In this document: positions 18,487 through 27,462 of the stretch, piece by piece
Position numbering within the stretch: position 1 is the first letter of the stretch
Layout: every line of letters begins with the position of its first letter
Origin: an uncultured Actinomycetes bacterium
GTDB lineage: Bacteria; Actinomycetota; Acidimicrobiia; Acidimicrobiales; RAAP-2
Direction of reading: 5' to 3'
DNA length: 64,000 nt
Assembly: GCA_903875425.1 (NCBI GenBank)
Contig: CAIQWC010000043.1
Span: 2,354-66,353 of the forward strand
Notes under the pieces: generated by a model
What the model was told of the DNA's origin: nothing
Databases searched by the model: none
What the model saw: only the letters and a program-made list of their open reading frames with translations
Program-made: the position numbers and the translations under genes

Positions 18487-21008
18487 GCGGTGAATGTCTC
18501 GAGAATCTCACGCAGGCGAGGCGCGAGACGTTCCGCCATTGCCGAGCGGTTCTTGAGCCGCTCGATGCCTTGCACAACCGTGCGCTGGCCGACGGTAAGC
18601 GGGTGTGCTTCTAAGAATGCGGCGATCTCGTTGGCCTTAGCGGGCGTCGTGACGATTCGTGAGACCCCCATCACCATCCGTGAATGTGCATCGATGGGGA
18701 AGCGGTTCAAGGTCTCCTCCCAGCGCGACTGCAACAGGGAGAAAATTTCGAGGCCATTGACCCGGTTGCCTAAGAGTGCGCCTACTTCGTAGGGGGCATC
18801 TTGAGTTCGAATGTCGTCGCTAAAGCACGCTTCAAAAGTCCGGCGGGCTAAGGCTGGATCATCAAAGGCGCTGAGGGCACCGAGGTAGCGTTGCTCGGAC
18901 TGTGGATCCTTGGCCGATTTAAAGCGGCGGAACATCTCGTCGTAGTCACCGGCGCGACCCACTGCCGCCACGATGCTAACGATGGCACTTGCAAGATCTC
19001 CTTGAAGGTCACCGGCGTCGAAACGCTTGAGTGCTTCGGTACGAATTTCTTCATCAGCCCCGATAGTTCCCAACACGCTAATGACTTGAGCTCGAAGTGA
19101 AGGGATCGTTTCGTTCTCGCCGATGCTTGCTTCCCAGCCAAGCTTCTCGAACTTAGGGCGCATAATTCGCGTGGCCGCATTGCGCACGAGGTGGCGTTGG
19201 GTGTCGTCGGCCATGCGGTTGAGGCTGGACAAGGCTTCAGCTACGACCGACCAGGTAGCGGTTTGATCGCTGCTGCTCACCACGAGGCACAAACTCAGGA
19301 AGTCCGCGAGATCCACCTTCCCCGCTTGAGCGGCTGCCCAGGTGTCGGCGACCAGGGTTGCCTGCTCGAGGTCCGTGAGATCGGAGAAGTGAGCAATGAT
19401 CTCAGCGAGTTCCGTTGAGCCATAAGCGGTGCGGTAGACACCCCATCCGCCAGCATTGACGACCGTTGCGGGGGCTACGGCAAGCGCAGCCGTGCCGAGG
19501 ACGTGACGAGTGATCTCGGATCCTCCGAGGGGGCGAGTCAGGAGGGGGACTTGCCACTGCTCTCCAATGGAAGAGGCTCCCGAACTGGGTGCGAAGGAGA
19601 AGGGGCTTTGGCTAATACTCCCACCTTCGACGCTGAGAACGGGGTGGCCACCTTGGAGGATCCAGGTGTTCATGATCTCACGCACTGGTTCGCCCGAACT
19701 CTCCTCGAGCGCGTCCCAAAGATCATTGGTAACCGTGTTGGCGTAGGAGTGCTTGCTTAGGTAGCGACGGATCCCACCGCGGAACACGTCCTCGCCAAGG
19801 TACTGCTCCAGCATCCGTAAGACGGAACCTCCCTTTTCATAGGTCAGCAGATCAAACATCCCGCGAGCATCTGCGGGGGAGACGACTTCGAATTCGATGG
19901 GTCGGGTTGCGTGGAGTCCGTCAACGCCCATGGCCATTTCCCGGCTGATACCAAAACTTACCCAGCGCTTCCAGTTCGGACGGAAAGCATCACAACATTT
20001 GGTTTCCATGAAGGTGGCGAAGGCTTCGTTTAACCAGATTCCTTCCCACCAGTCCATCGTGACGAGGTCGCCGAACCACATGTGGGCAATTTCGTGAGCA
20101 ACCACGTCGACAACGCGCTCAACCTCAACTCGCGACGCCGTCGCTGGATCAACGAGAAGAGCCGTTTCACGGAAGGTAACGCAACCAAGATTTTCCATGG
20201 CTCCAAAGGCGAAGTCGGGAATGGCTACGAGATCGAGCTTGTCACCCGGATACGCGATACCAAAGTACTCAGAGAAGTAACGCAATGAGAATTCTGCAAT
20301 CTCTAACGCGAAAGGCGCAAGCGTGCCCTTGCCCTTGGGGTACACCACCCGCACCGGAACCCCGTCGACGTCGACAGCATCGGTGGCTTCAAAGGGGCCA
20401 ATCACAAAAGCAACGAGGTAGGTAGACATGACCATGGTGGGTGCGTAGGTGACAAGCTTGGTGCCGTCCCCCGGACGCACCTCACTGAGGACGGGGCTGT
20501 TTGAGTAGGCCTCGAGGTGTTCGGGAACGATCAGGGTGATGTCGAAGCGCGCTTTCTTGGCTGGCTCGTCGAAGCAGGGAAACGCGCGGCGCGCATCGGT
20601 GGCTTCCATTTGCGAGGTTGCAATCGTTTGAGTGACGCCGTCAGGGTCGAGGTAGGTGGACCGGTAGAAGCCAGTAAGTAAGTCATTTAAAATTCCTGAG
20701 AACTTGATCGCTAAGGTCGCAGTGCCAACGCCGATGGTCGATCCGGTACGTAGGCTTGCTCGCTCAGTCTCGGCGTCAAGGCTTGCCGTACAGGGTGCTT
20801 CACTACCGTCTTCATGGATAAGCACTATGTCATGGAAGACGAGATCGATTGCGTTCAGGACAATCGCATCTACTTCGGTGACGATCTCGAGGTCAATCTC
20901 GACGTAACCGTCGAAGGTCGCTGTTTCGAGGTGAGGGGTCAAGGTGAGCGCGTAGCGACGCGGCAAGACGTCATCGCTAAGGCGGTAAGGGTTCACGGCA
21001 ATAGGCAT
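18483..21008 (-). CDS. pepN: Aminopeptidase N (M1 family)
   Basis: GAMEN exopeptidase motif (FGAMENLGC), the zinc motif HEIAHMWFGDLVT plus WLNEAFATF, and a length of 841 aa. Confidence 0.9.
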   Translation of the reverse strand: MPIAVNPYRLSDDVLPRRYALTLTPHLETATFDGYVEIDLEIVTEVDAIVLNAIDLVFHDIVLIHEDGSEAPCTASLDAETERASLRTGSTIGVGTATLAIKFSGILNDLLTGFYRSTYLDPDGVTQTIATSQMEATDARRAFPCFDEPAKKARFDITLIVPEHLEAYSNSPVLSEVRPGDGTKLVTYAPTMVMSTYLVAFVIGPFEATDAVDVDGVPVRVVYPKGKGTLAPFALEIAEFSLRYFSEYFGIAYPGDKLDLVAIPDFAFGAMENLGCVTFRETALLVDPATASRVEVERVVDVVAHEIAHMWFGDLVTMDWWEGIWLNEAFATFMETKCCDAFRPNWKRWVSFGISREMAMGVDGLHATRPIEFEVVSPADARGMFDLLTYEKGGSVLRMLEQYLGEDVFRGGIRRYLSKHSYANTVTNDLWDALEESSGEPVREIMNTWILQGGHPVLSVEGGSISQSPFSFAPSSGASSIGEQWQVPLLTRPLGGSEITRHVLGTAALAVAPATVVNAGGWGVYRTAYGSTELAEIIAHFSDLTDLEQATLVADTWAAAQAGKVDLADFLSLCLVVSSSDQTATWSVVAEALSSLNRMADDTQRHLVRNAATRIMRPKFEKLGWEASIGENETIPSLRAQVISVLGTIGADEEIRTEALKRFDAGDLQGDLASAIVSIVAAVGRAGDYDEMFRRFKSAKDPQSEQRYLGALSAFDDPALARRTFEACFSDDIRTQDAPYEVGALLGNRVNGLEIFSLLQSRWEETLNRFPIDAHSRMVMGVSRIVTTPAKANEIAAFLEAHPLTVGQRTVVQGIERLKNRSAMAERLAPRLREILETFTA

Positions 21009-21046
21009 GCGTTCAGGCTATCGGTAGAGGGCCTAGCCTGACCGTC

Positions 21047-22081
21047 GTGAGTATTACCGTTCCCGTATCCCTTAGCCCGCGCCCACCAGTATTCCTCGAT
21101 GTTGTCGGCATCGGTTCTCCCCTGCTTGATATCGTGGCGAGGAGCGACGATGCCCTCTTGGAGCGCTTGGGCCTCGCCAAGGGTTCCATGACCCTGGTGG
21201 ATCGCGACGCGGCTGAAGCGATTCACGCCTCCATGGGTACGACGATCCAAGTGTCAGGTGGCTCGGCTGCTAATACCGTGGCCGGTATCGCTAGCTTGGG
21301 CGGCGCGGCTGGATTCATCGGTCGTATCGCTGACGACGAGGTTGGCGCCCTGTTCTCCCATGACATCTCGGCTATCGGCGTTGAATTCGAGGCTGCCGTT
21401 GTCCCTGCTACCCACGAGGGATCGGGGCGATGCCTGGTAATGGTAACTGACGATGCACAACGCACGATGGCGACGCACCTTGGGGTTGCTAACGGTTTTG
21501 CTCCCAGCGATCTCGATATCTCCATCGTAGAGCGCAGCCAAATTACCTATTTGGAGGGTTATCTCTTCGATCAGCCTCCGGCCAAAGATGCGATGCGCGC
21601 GGCCGTTGCGGCAGCCCATGAGGCAGATGGATCGGTGGCAGTTTCGCTTTCAGATCGTTTCTGTGTAGAACGCCATCGACAAGATTTTCTCACCTTGATT
21701 GAAGAAGAGGCGGAACTACTGTTCGCGAATGAAGACGAAATCAAGGAGCTCTTTGAAACACGTTCAACCGAGGCGGCCCTCGATGCACTCGAGCAGATCG
21801 GCATCGTAGCTGCGATCACCCTTGGCGCGAAGGGCTGTGTTGTCGTAACGCCTTCGGGGCGAATCGACGTAGCGGCGGTGAACGTCGCTGAGGTGGTTGA
21901 CACCAATGGCGCGGGCGATCTCTTTGCCGCGGGTTTTCTATACGGAATGACCCATAACTATGATCCCGCTCGATCTGGCGAACTTGGTGCCCTGTGTGCG
22001 AGTGAAGTTATTGGTCACCTTGGAGCTCGCCCGCAGAGAAATTTACGCGACCTCGCCCTCGAAGCTGGCCTGCTCGACTAG
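21047..22081 (+). CDS. PfkB-family carbohydrate/adenosine kinase
   Basis: The C-terminal DTNGAGDLFAAGFLYG signature and the N-terminal GSPLLDIV are adenosine-kinase-like. Confidence 0.75.
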   Translation: MSITVPVSLSPRPPVFLDVVGIGSPLLDIVARSDDALLERLGLAKGSMTLVDRDAAEAIHASMGTTIQVSGGSAANTVAGIASLGGAAGFIGRIADDEVGALFSHDISAIGVEFEAAVVPATHEGSGRCLVMVTDDAQRTMATHLGVANGFAPSDLDISIVERSQITYLEGYLFDQPPAKDAMRAAVAAAHEADGSVAVSLSDRFCVERHRQDFLTLIEEEAELLFANEDEIKELFETRSTEAALDALEQIGIVAAITLGAKGCVVVTPSGRIDVAAVNVAEVVDTNGAGDLFAAGFLYGMTHNYDPARSGELGALCASEVIGHLGARPQRNLRDLALEAGLLD

Positions 22082-22176
22082 GGGAGCCTGACGGTACCTC
22101 GTTTCACTAAGGGTTGACGATCCCCGTGGACTCATAAGTCGCAACACTCCTAGGCGGTGACGGAGGGACTCTCGAC

Positions 22177-23076
22177 CTACTCAGTTTCGTTAGCGGCGCG
22201 CTGGGCATCCAAGATCGCATCAATCTCGCGAGCCTTCTCCTCTTCCGATTTCATCCAGGTGTAGGCGACGGGCCCCATGGCGATGAGCATCAAGAAGTCA
22301 CCACCTATCCACATAAGCGCCCCGCCAGTATGAAGATCGCTAAGGATGCTCGGCCCCCAGGTTCGCTGCATCTCAGCGAGCGCTGGCACCGTATTGTGAC
22401 CACTCATAGCCAACGCGAGGCCGGTGAAGGTGTCGACGGGTACTGCTAGGGCCAAGAAGACTAAGCGCTGCCCTGGGCCAAGAGGGTGGCGCATGGGTTC
22501 GATACCCACGACCGGCCTCCAGAACAAGTAGCCCACGATTAAGAATCCAAGTTGCTCAGCGTGGTGTACCCACAGGTGTTCCATCATCACGTTCAATAAT
22601 CCGGTGAGATGGGTAACAGGGATAAAGACTGCGTAGCAAGCAAACCCAACTATGGGGCGACCGAGGAACTCTCCAACCTTCGATGAGGCGAGGTGATTGA
22701 CGAATTTGCCAAGTATCCCTGGACACGCTTCGAGGAATAACTGTAAGGGTGCACCCATTGCAAAGAGTGCTGATGAGAGCATGATTAATAAGAGGTGTTG
22801 GATCATGTGGTCGCTAAAGAGCGTCATGTCATAGGTGCCAATTGCTGACTGCGTTGCAAACAAGACACACAGCAGCGCCACGATGGTGATGACGGAGCGC
22901 TTGAGGCTCCAAGCCTTACCCGTGAGGGTCTCCCAGCGCTTGGCTAAGGCGAAGTACGTAATTGCGTAGAGCACCATCAAGAGGATGGGGACCCACGCTA
23001 CACTGACTTCGAGGGCCGTTTTCCAACTCAGGGGTGCTGGAATTGGCATGGCATCCATGGCCAAGATCAAGGACAT
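22177..23076 (-). CDS. Cytochrome c oxidase assembly protein (Caa3_CtaG family membrane protein)
   Basis: Polytopic, with the HMIQHLLLIMLSSALFAMGAP motif typical of Caa3-type CtaG. The track ORF extends to 23178. An internal ATG (23076/23058/23049) is more likely, so the start is uncertain. Confidence 0.6.
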   Translation of the reverse strand: MSLILAMDAMPIPAPLSWKTALEVSVAWVPILLMVLYAITYFALAKRWETLTGKAWSLKRSVITIVALLCVLFATQSAIGTYDMTLFSDHMIQHLLLIMLSSALFAMGAPLQLFLEACPGILGKFVNHLASSKVGEFLGRPIVGFACYAVFIPVTHLTGLLNVMMEHLWVHHAEQLGFLIVGYLFWRPVVGIEPMRHPLGPGQRLVFLALAVPVDTFTGLALAMSGHNTVPALAEMQRTWGPSILSDLHTGGALMWIGGDFLMLIAMGPVAYTWMKSEEEKAREIDAILDAQRAANETE

Positions 23077-23136
23077 GCCTTGAACGCTACAAGGCCAACC
23101 CCTACCCACCAATTCGCTAGGTAGGCTGAGAGTCTG

Positions 23137-23508
23137 ATGAGTAGCAAGTGGTTCTCCGGTCGCGCCCTGCGCATACACGTACTTTCTTTACTTTGGATTG
23201 CTCTGTGTGCGGGTGCAGCCTGGTGGCAGATTTCTCGGGCGGTGGGGGGAAATGCCTTGTCTTGGGTTTATGCCATCGAGTGGCCCGTTTTTGCCGGTGC
23301 GGGAATTTACGTCTGGTGGCATCTACTCAACACAGCTCCCGTTACAGCGCAAGAGCGCGAGGAGCGTCGGGTACTTGAAGAAGAACTACGAGCACAAGCA
23401 CAGGCATCGAAACGACGCCCCGAAGATGAAGACGATGCCTTGCGTGCTTATAACGACCACCTAGCCACCTTGGCCGATAATGATCGATCACAAAAGGAAC
23501 AGCCATGA
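23137..23508 (+). CDS. Hypothetical small membrane protein (two TM helices, charged C-terminal tail)
   Basis: The ORF has two hydrophobic helices (VLSLLWIALCAGAAWW, WPVFAGAGIYVWW) and an ATGA overlap with the downstream DUF3817 gene. No family was recognised. Confidence 0.4.
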   Translation: MSSKWFSGRALRIHVLSLLWIALCAGAAWWQISRAVGGNALSWVYAIEWPVFAGAGIYVWWHLLNTAPVTAQEREERRVLEEELRAQAQASKRRPEDEDDALRAYNDHLATLADNDRSQKEQP

Positions 23509-23837
23509 CGGAAATAAAGCAACTTCCAACCGCGCTCAAGCTCTATCGAGCCATGTCCTTCGCGGTAGGCACCATGCTCTTAATTTTTTGTGTCTTTATT
23601 ATCCTGCGGCATGGTTTTGGCATTGGCGCCAAAGCAGAGGGCGTCGTGGCTCAGATCCATGGCTTGCTTTACATGGTCTATTTGGCCACCGTATTAAACG
23701 TCTGGCTCAAGTTGCGACCTAATGGCTGGAAGATCGTAGGCATGATTTGCGCCGGTTTTATTCCCTTCCTTGCCTTCTTCGTCGAGCGTTCGACGGTCGC
23801 CTCACTCGCTAGCTTGGCATCGAGCAACAACGAGTAA
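23505..23837 (+). CDS. DUF3817-family integral membrane protein
   Basis: LKLYRAMSFAVGTMLLIF...IHGLLYMVYL...GFIPFLAFFVER matches my recollection of the DUF3817 pattern. Confidence 0.55.
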   Translation: MTEIKQLPTALKLYRAMSFAVGTMLLIFCVFIILRHGFGIGAKAEGVVAQIHGLLYMVYLATVLNVWLKLRPNGWKIVGMICAGFIPFLAFFVERSTVASLASLASSNNE

Positions 23838-23902
23838 CCCGACAGACGCGACGGGGGTTTCGTTAGGAAAGGTAAGGAGGCTTGGGTGCGGGGGCCAAAG
23901 GC

Positions 23903-23989
23903 CTAGCCGCGACCGCCGCAGTTCGGCTTCTTGCCGTGGTTGGCCTTCTTCTTGGCCCGGAGCTTGCGCTTAACAGTTCGCTTCGACAT
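23903..23989 (-). CDS. 50S ribosomal protein bL37 (28 aa; too short for the ORF track)
   Basis: The reverse strand reads ATG TCG AAG CGA ... TAG = MSKRTVKRKLRAKKKANHGKKPNCGGRG. It is extremely basic, with the ANHGK[KR]PN core that I recall for actinobacterial bL37. No clear SD. Confidence 0.55.
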   Translation of the reverse strand: MSKRTVKRKLRAKKKANHGKKPNCGGRG

Positions 23990-24009
23990 AAGACATGTCA
24001 TGTTAGTCA

Positions 24010-24906
24010 ATGGATCGCCCCTCTGTTCCCGGCGTCGAGCGTGGGTCGTGGGAATATGGAGCGGTGAGCGGAATCTTGGCCCTGGTGGGCACCCCTATTG
24101 GCAATCTGGGCGATATCAGCCCGCGGGCGGCTCAGGCCCTAGCCGACGCTGACCTGATTTGTTGTGAGGATACGAGGCGAACAAGAACGCTCCTGAGCGC
24201 GCTAAACATTCCAGCCGGGTCCCGATTGATCTCCCTCCACGAGCACAATGAACAAGCCAAGGCTCAGCGAATCGTCGATCGAGTCAAGGCTGGTGATTCC
24301 GTGGTTGTTGTCTCCGATGCGGGGATGCCCGGCATTTCTGATCCTGGGTCGATACTCGTCGCCGTTGCCGCCGAGCAAGGCTGTGGGGTAACGGTGATTC
24401 CCGGACCCTCGGCTGTTCTCGGGGCCCTGGTTATTTCGGGACTTCCTTCGGAGCGTTTCGTGATGGAGGGCTTTTTACCGAGAAAAGGCCGCGAGCGCCG
24501 AAGCGTGCTTGAGGATCTCAGTCGCGAAGGTCGCACCAGCGTCATCTTTGAATCGCCACACCGTCTCGTTGACACCTTGAAGGACTTAGCAAGTCTTGGC
24601 AACCCAGAACGATTAGCTGTCGTGGTGCGCGAATTAACGAAAATCCACGAAGAGGTACGTCGAGGCAGCCTCACCGAGCTCGTCGCGCACTTCTCAGAAT
24701 CACCGCCTCGCGGAGAAATCGTGCTCATCCTCAGGGGGTCAGAGTCCGAGCCTAAGCGGACCATCGAAGACGCAGAGATTATCGACCATCTCAATGATTC
24801 GCTAGCGGCGGGCATGTCTAAACGAGATGCTGCATCCGCGGCAGCCGCCGAACTGAAGGTGCCTCGAAGCCGGGCCTATGAGCTGGCCTCCTCTCTACCC
24901 CGCTAA
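24010..24906 (+). CDS. rsmI: 16S rRNA (cytidine1402-2'-O)-methyltransferase
   Basis: LVGTPIGNLGDIS, CEDTRRT, SDAGMPGISDPG and FESPHR. An alternative in-frame GTG start at 24064 would leave room for divergent promoters. Confidence 0.85.
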   Translation: MDRPSVPGVERGSWEYGAVSGILALVGTPIGNLGDISPRAAQALADADLICCEDTRRTRTLLSALNIPAGSRLISLHEHNEQAKAQRIVDRVKAGDSVVVVSDAGMPGISDPGSILVAVAAEQGCGVTVIPGPSAVLGALVISGLPSERFVMEGFLPRKGRERRSVLEDLSREGRTSVIFESPHRLVDTLKDLASLGNPERLAVVVRELTKIHEEVRRGSLTELVAHFSESPPRGEIVLILRGSESEPKRTIEDAEIIDHLNDSLAAGMSKRDAASAAAAELKVPRSRAYELASSLPR

Positions 24907-24921
24907 TCGCCGGTACGATGC

Positions 24922-26460
24922 TTGATCGTGGGTCGCTTCTACATCACAACCCCCATCTACTACGTCAACGACGCTCCGCACATGGGGACGTCGTACACCA
25001 CCGTTAACGCTGATGCCATTGCCCGTTGGCATCGCCTGATAGGTGACGAAACCAAATTTTTAACCGGAACCGACGAACACGGCATGAAGATCGCTGAGAC
25101 CGCGGAACAGCACGGCATGTCTCCGCAATCTTGGACTGACGCCACGGCTGCTCGATTCGAAGATGCTTGGTCAACGCTCAACATCTCAAACGATGACTTC
25201 ATCCGCACGACGCAGGCCCGTCACTACGAAACCGTAGGGACCTTCCTTACCAAGATTTACGAGAACGGCTTTATCCGGAAAGACACGTATCGCGGTCTCT
25301 ACTGCGTGGGTTGCGAGGATTACTACACCGCGGATCAACTGATCGATGGGAAATGCCCCAGTCATAATCGTGTGGTTGAAGAGATGGAGGAAGATAATTA
25401 CTTCTTTGAACTGTCTAAGTTTGAAGATCGCCTCCTTGAATGGTTCGAAGCAAACCCCCAAGCCATTCAGCCAGCGTCGAAGCGCAATGAAGCATTGAGC
25501 TTCATTAAGGGGGGCTTAAAGGACGTCTCCATTACACGAACCTCGATCAGTTGGGGCATTCCCGTCCCATGGGATAGCGATCACGTTTTCTACGTTTGGT
25601 ACGACGCGCTCATCAACTACCTAACGGCCATTGGCTACGGTCGCGATGAGGCGGAGGTTGCGAAGTGGTGGCCGAGCGTTCATCACCTCATCGGTAAAGA
25701 GATCATCCGCTTTCACTGTGTGTGGTGGCCGGCGATGTGTATGGCAGCAGGTATTGATCCGCCTGCCCACGTCTTTGTCCACGGCTGGCTACTCGTCGGA
25801 GGAAAGAAACTCTCGAAATCTATGGCGAACGACGAGACCGCCCCGGTAAAACTGACCGACATCACGCCAGATTCTCTCGTTGAACAATTCGGTGTCGATC
25901 CCGTTCGCTACTACCTTTTGCGCAACACGCCTCTTGGTACTGATGGCGACTTCTCCATTGAGGGCATCACCGATCGCTATAACGCCGACCTTGCGAACAA
26001 CCTAGGCAACTTGGTGGCTCGTTTGGCAACCGTGATTGGATCGAAATCTGGAGGGCTTTCGCCGGCTCCTGATGAAGATTCCGAACTCAAAGGCATTGCC
26101 AACGAGACGGTGGTCCAGGCTCGAGATGCCTGGGAGCGTTTTGCTCCCCAAGAGGGACTCGAGGTCACCTGGCGACTCATTGGTGCTATCAACGCTGCCC
26201 TTGAAGTTGCGGAACCATGGAAAGCCGATCCGGGCCCTCAGGTTGATGCTGTGCTTGGGTCAGCGCTCGAAGCCCTACGAATCGTTACCGTACTGATTAC
26301 AGCTGCGATGCCCGATACTGCTGCGATCATTTGGGAACGCATCGGTCTCGCCGGCCTTCCTGGCGACGGTGGTCTGGAGGCACAAGTTGTGTGGGGGAGT
26401 GCGCCGACGGGTAGGCCAATCTCGAAGGGCGACCCCCTCTTCCCCCGTCGGAAAGACTGA
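24922..26460 (+). CDS. metG: Methionine--tRNA ligase
   Basis: YITTPIYYVNDAPHMGTSYT (HIGH region), KLSKSM (KMSKS) and WGIPVPWD. Start is TTG 24922 or GTG 24928. Confidence 0.9.
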   Translation: MIVGRFYITTPIYYVNDAPHMGTSYTTVNADAIARWHRLIGDETKFLTGTDEHGMKIAETAEQHGMSPQSWTDATAARFEDAWSTLNISNDDFIRTTQARHYETVGTFLTKIYENGFIRKDTYRGLYCVGCEDYYTADQLIDGKCPSHNRVVEEMEEDNYFFELSKFEDRLLEWFEANPQAIQPASKRNEALSFIKGGLKDVSITRTSISWGIPVPWDSDHVFYVWYDALINYLTAIGYGRDEAEVAKWWPSVHHLIGKEIIRFHCVWWPAMCMAAGIDPPAHVFVHGWLLVGGKKLSKSMANDETAPVKLTDITPDSLVEQFGVDPVRYYLLRNTPLGTDGDFSIEGITDRYNADLANNLGNLVARLATVIGSKSGGLSPAPDEDSELKGIANETVVQARDAWERFAPQEGLEVTWRLIGAINAALEVAEPWKADPGPQVDAVLGSALEALRIVTVLITAAMPDTAAIIWERIGLAGLPGDGGLEAQVVWGSAPTGRPISKGDPLFPRRKD

Positions 26461-26466
26461 ACAAGC

Positions 26467-27279
26467 GTGAAGCCGACTTGGTTCGATTCGCACTGTCACC
26501 TCCAAGAGCAGTTTCTAGAAAGCGACAAGCTCGCCACCGCTGAACTCGCGGGGGCGCTTGAGCGTGCTTCCCACGCTGGCGTGAGTGGCCTCGTGGTTGT
26601 TGGTACTGATGAAGCCACGTCTCTCCAGGCAATTGGGCTTGCGGCTGCATCGGCGTCGGGTGATTTCGGCAGTGATGCCCCGACGATCGCGGCTACCGTG
26701 GGGCTTCACCCCCATGATGCGCTAGCGGGTACGGACTGGCTTCGGGACCTTCTCACTGAATACCGATGGTTAATTTCAGGTATTGGTGAGTGCGGCTTGG
26801 ATTACTTTTATGAACATTCGCCGCGCGATATCCAACGCAGGGTCTTTCTAGATCAGATTGCCCTCGCCAAGGAGTACGACCTTGCTCTGGTGATCCACGC
26901 TCGCGACGCATGGGAAGACCTCTTTGATGCGCTTGATGAAGTTGGTTGCCCTGAGCGAACGATTTTGCACTGCTTCACTGGTGGCCCGTCCGAAGCGCAG
27001 GCCTGCGTTGCGCGAGGTATGTACGTCTCGTTCTCAGGCATCGTGACCTTTAAAAATGCAGTCGAAATTCGCGAGGCCCTTCGGATCGTTCCTGATGATC
27101 AACTCCTCATCGAGACTGACGCCCCCTTCTTGGCACCGGTACCGCATCGGGGAAAGAAAAATGAACCGGCCTGGGTGTCGTACGTCGGAGCCTTCGTGGC
27201 AGCTGAGAGAAGCGCTGACGAGTATCGAACGGCTCAGGTGACGATGGCGAACACCAAGGCCGCGTTCCGCCTGACCTAG
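26467..27279 (+). CDS. tatD: TatD-family metal-dependent hydrolase
   Basis: FDSHCHL, GECGLDYFY, VIHARDA, LHCFTG and ETDAPFL. Confidence 0.85.
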   Translation: MKPTWFDSHCHLQEQFLESDKLATAELAGALERASHAGVSGLVVVGTDEATSLQAIGLAAASASGDFGSDAPTIAATVGLHPHDALAGTDWLRDLLTEYRWLISGIGECGLDYFYEHSPRDIQRRVFLDQIALAKEYDLALVIHARDAWEDLFDALDEVGCPERTILHCFTGGPSEAQACVARGMYVSFSGIVTFKNAVEIREALRIVPDDQLLIETDAPFLAPVPHRGKKNEPAWVSYVGAFVAAERSADEYRTAQVTMANTKAAFRLT

Positions 27280-27281
27280 AA

Positions 27282-27296
27282 CCCCTTGATCAGGGG
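27282..27296 (+). terminator. Short GC hairpin just after tatD (weak terminator candidate)
   Basis: CCCCT-TGATC-AGGGG lies 3 nt after the tatD stop and is followed by an A/T-rich stretch, but there is no clean U-tract. Confidence 0.25.
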
Positions 27297-27309
27297 AAAT
27301 AAGAGTTAT

Positions 27310-27338
27310 TTGTACTCTGACCAGTAGATTTATAAATA
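27310..27338 (+). promoter_or_regulatory. Candidate sigma-A-type promoter in the AT-rich island
   Basis: TTGTAC (27310-27315), a 17-nt spacer, then TAAATA (27333-27338). It sits inside what appears, reading by eye, to be the most AT-rich stretch of the window (about 27298-27384). Confidence 0.25.
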
Positions 27339-27387
27339 AAAAGCCCTCTGACCTGAATAGTTACAAAAATTCCACTTTTGTGATTTG

Positions 27388-27449
27388 CACTCCGTGGGGG
27401 GAGTGCCTAGCGTGGCACACGCCCGGTTGGCGAATGGAGGTTCACCAAC
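27388..27449 (+). promoter_or_regulatory. Structured 5' leader with mutually exclusive hairpins upstream of the DPBB wall-protein gene
   Basis: Hairpin 1 is CACTCC-GTGGGG-GGAGTG (27388-27405). Hairpin 2 is GTGCC-TAGCGT-GGCAC (27403-27418) and shares 3 nt with hairpin 1. Hairpin 3 is GTTGG...CCAAC (27426-27449). These are followed by GGAGGAAG and TTG 27463. Confidence 0.3.
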
Positions 27450-27462
27450 GCGGAGGAAGTAT

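Noticed and set aside
27280-27462. Calling the leader a ydaO/cyclic-di-AMP riboswitch.
   Set aside because: The context (a wall-protein gene in the rpf slot) fits. However, I could not find the conserved ydaO sequence blocks I remember, so I report it only as an unclassified structured leader.
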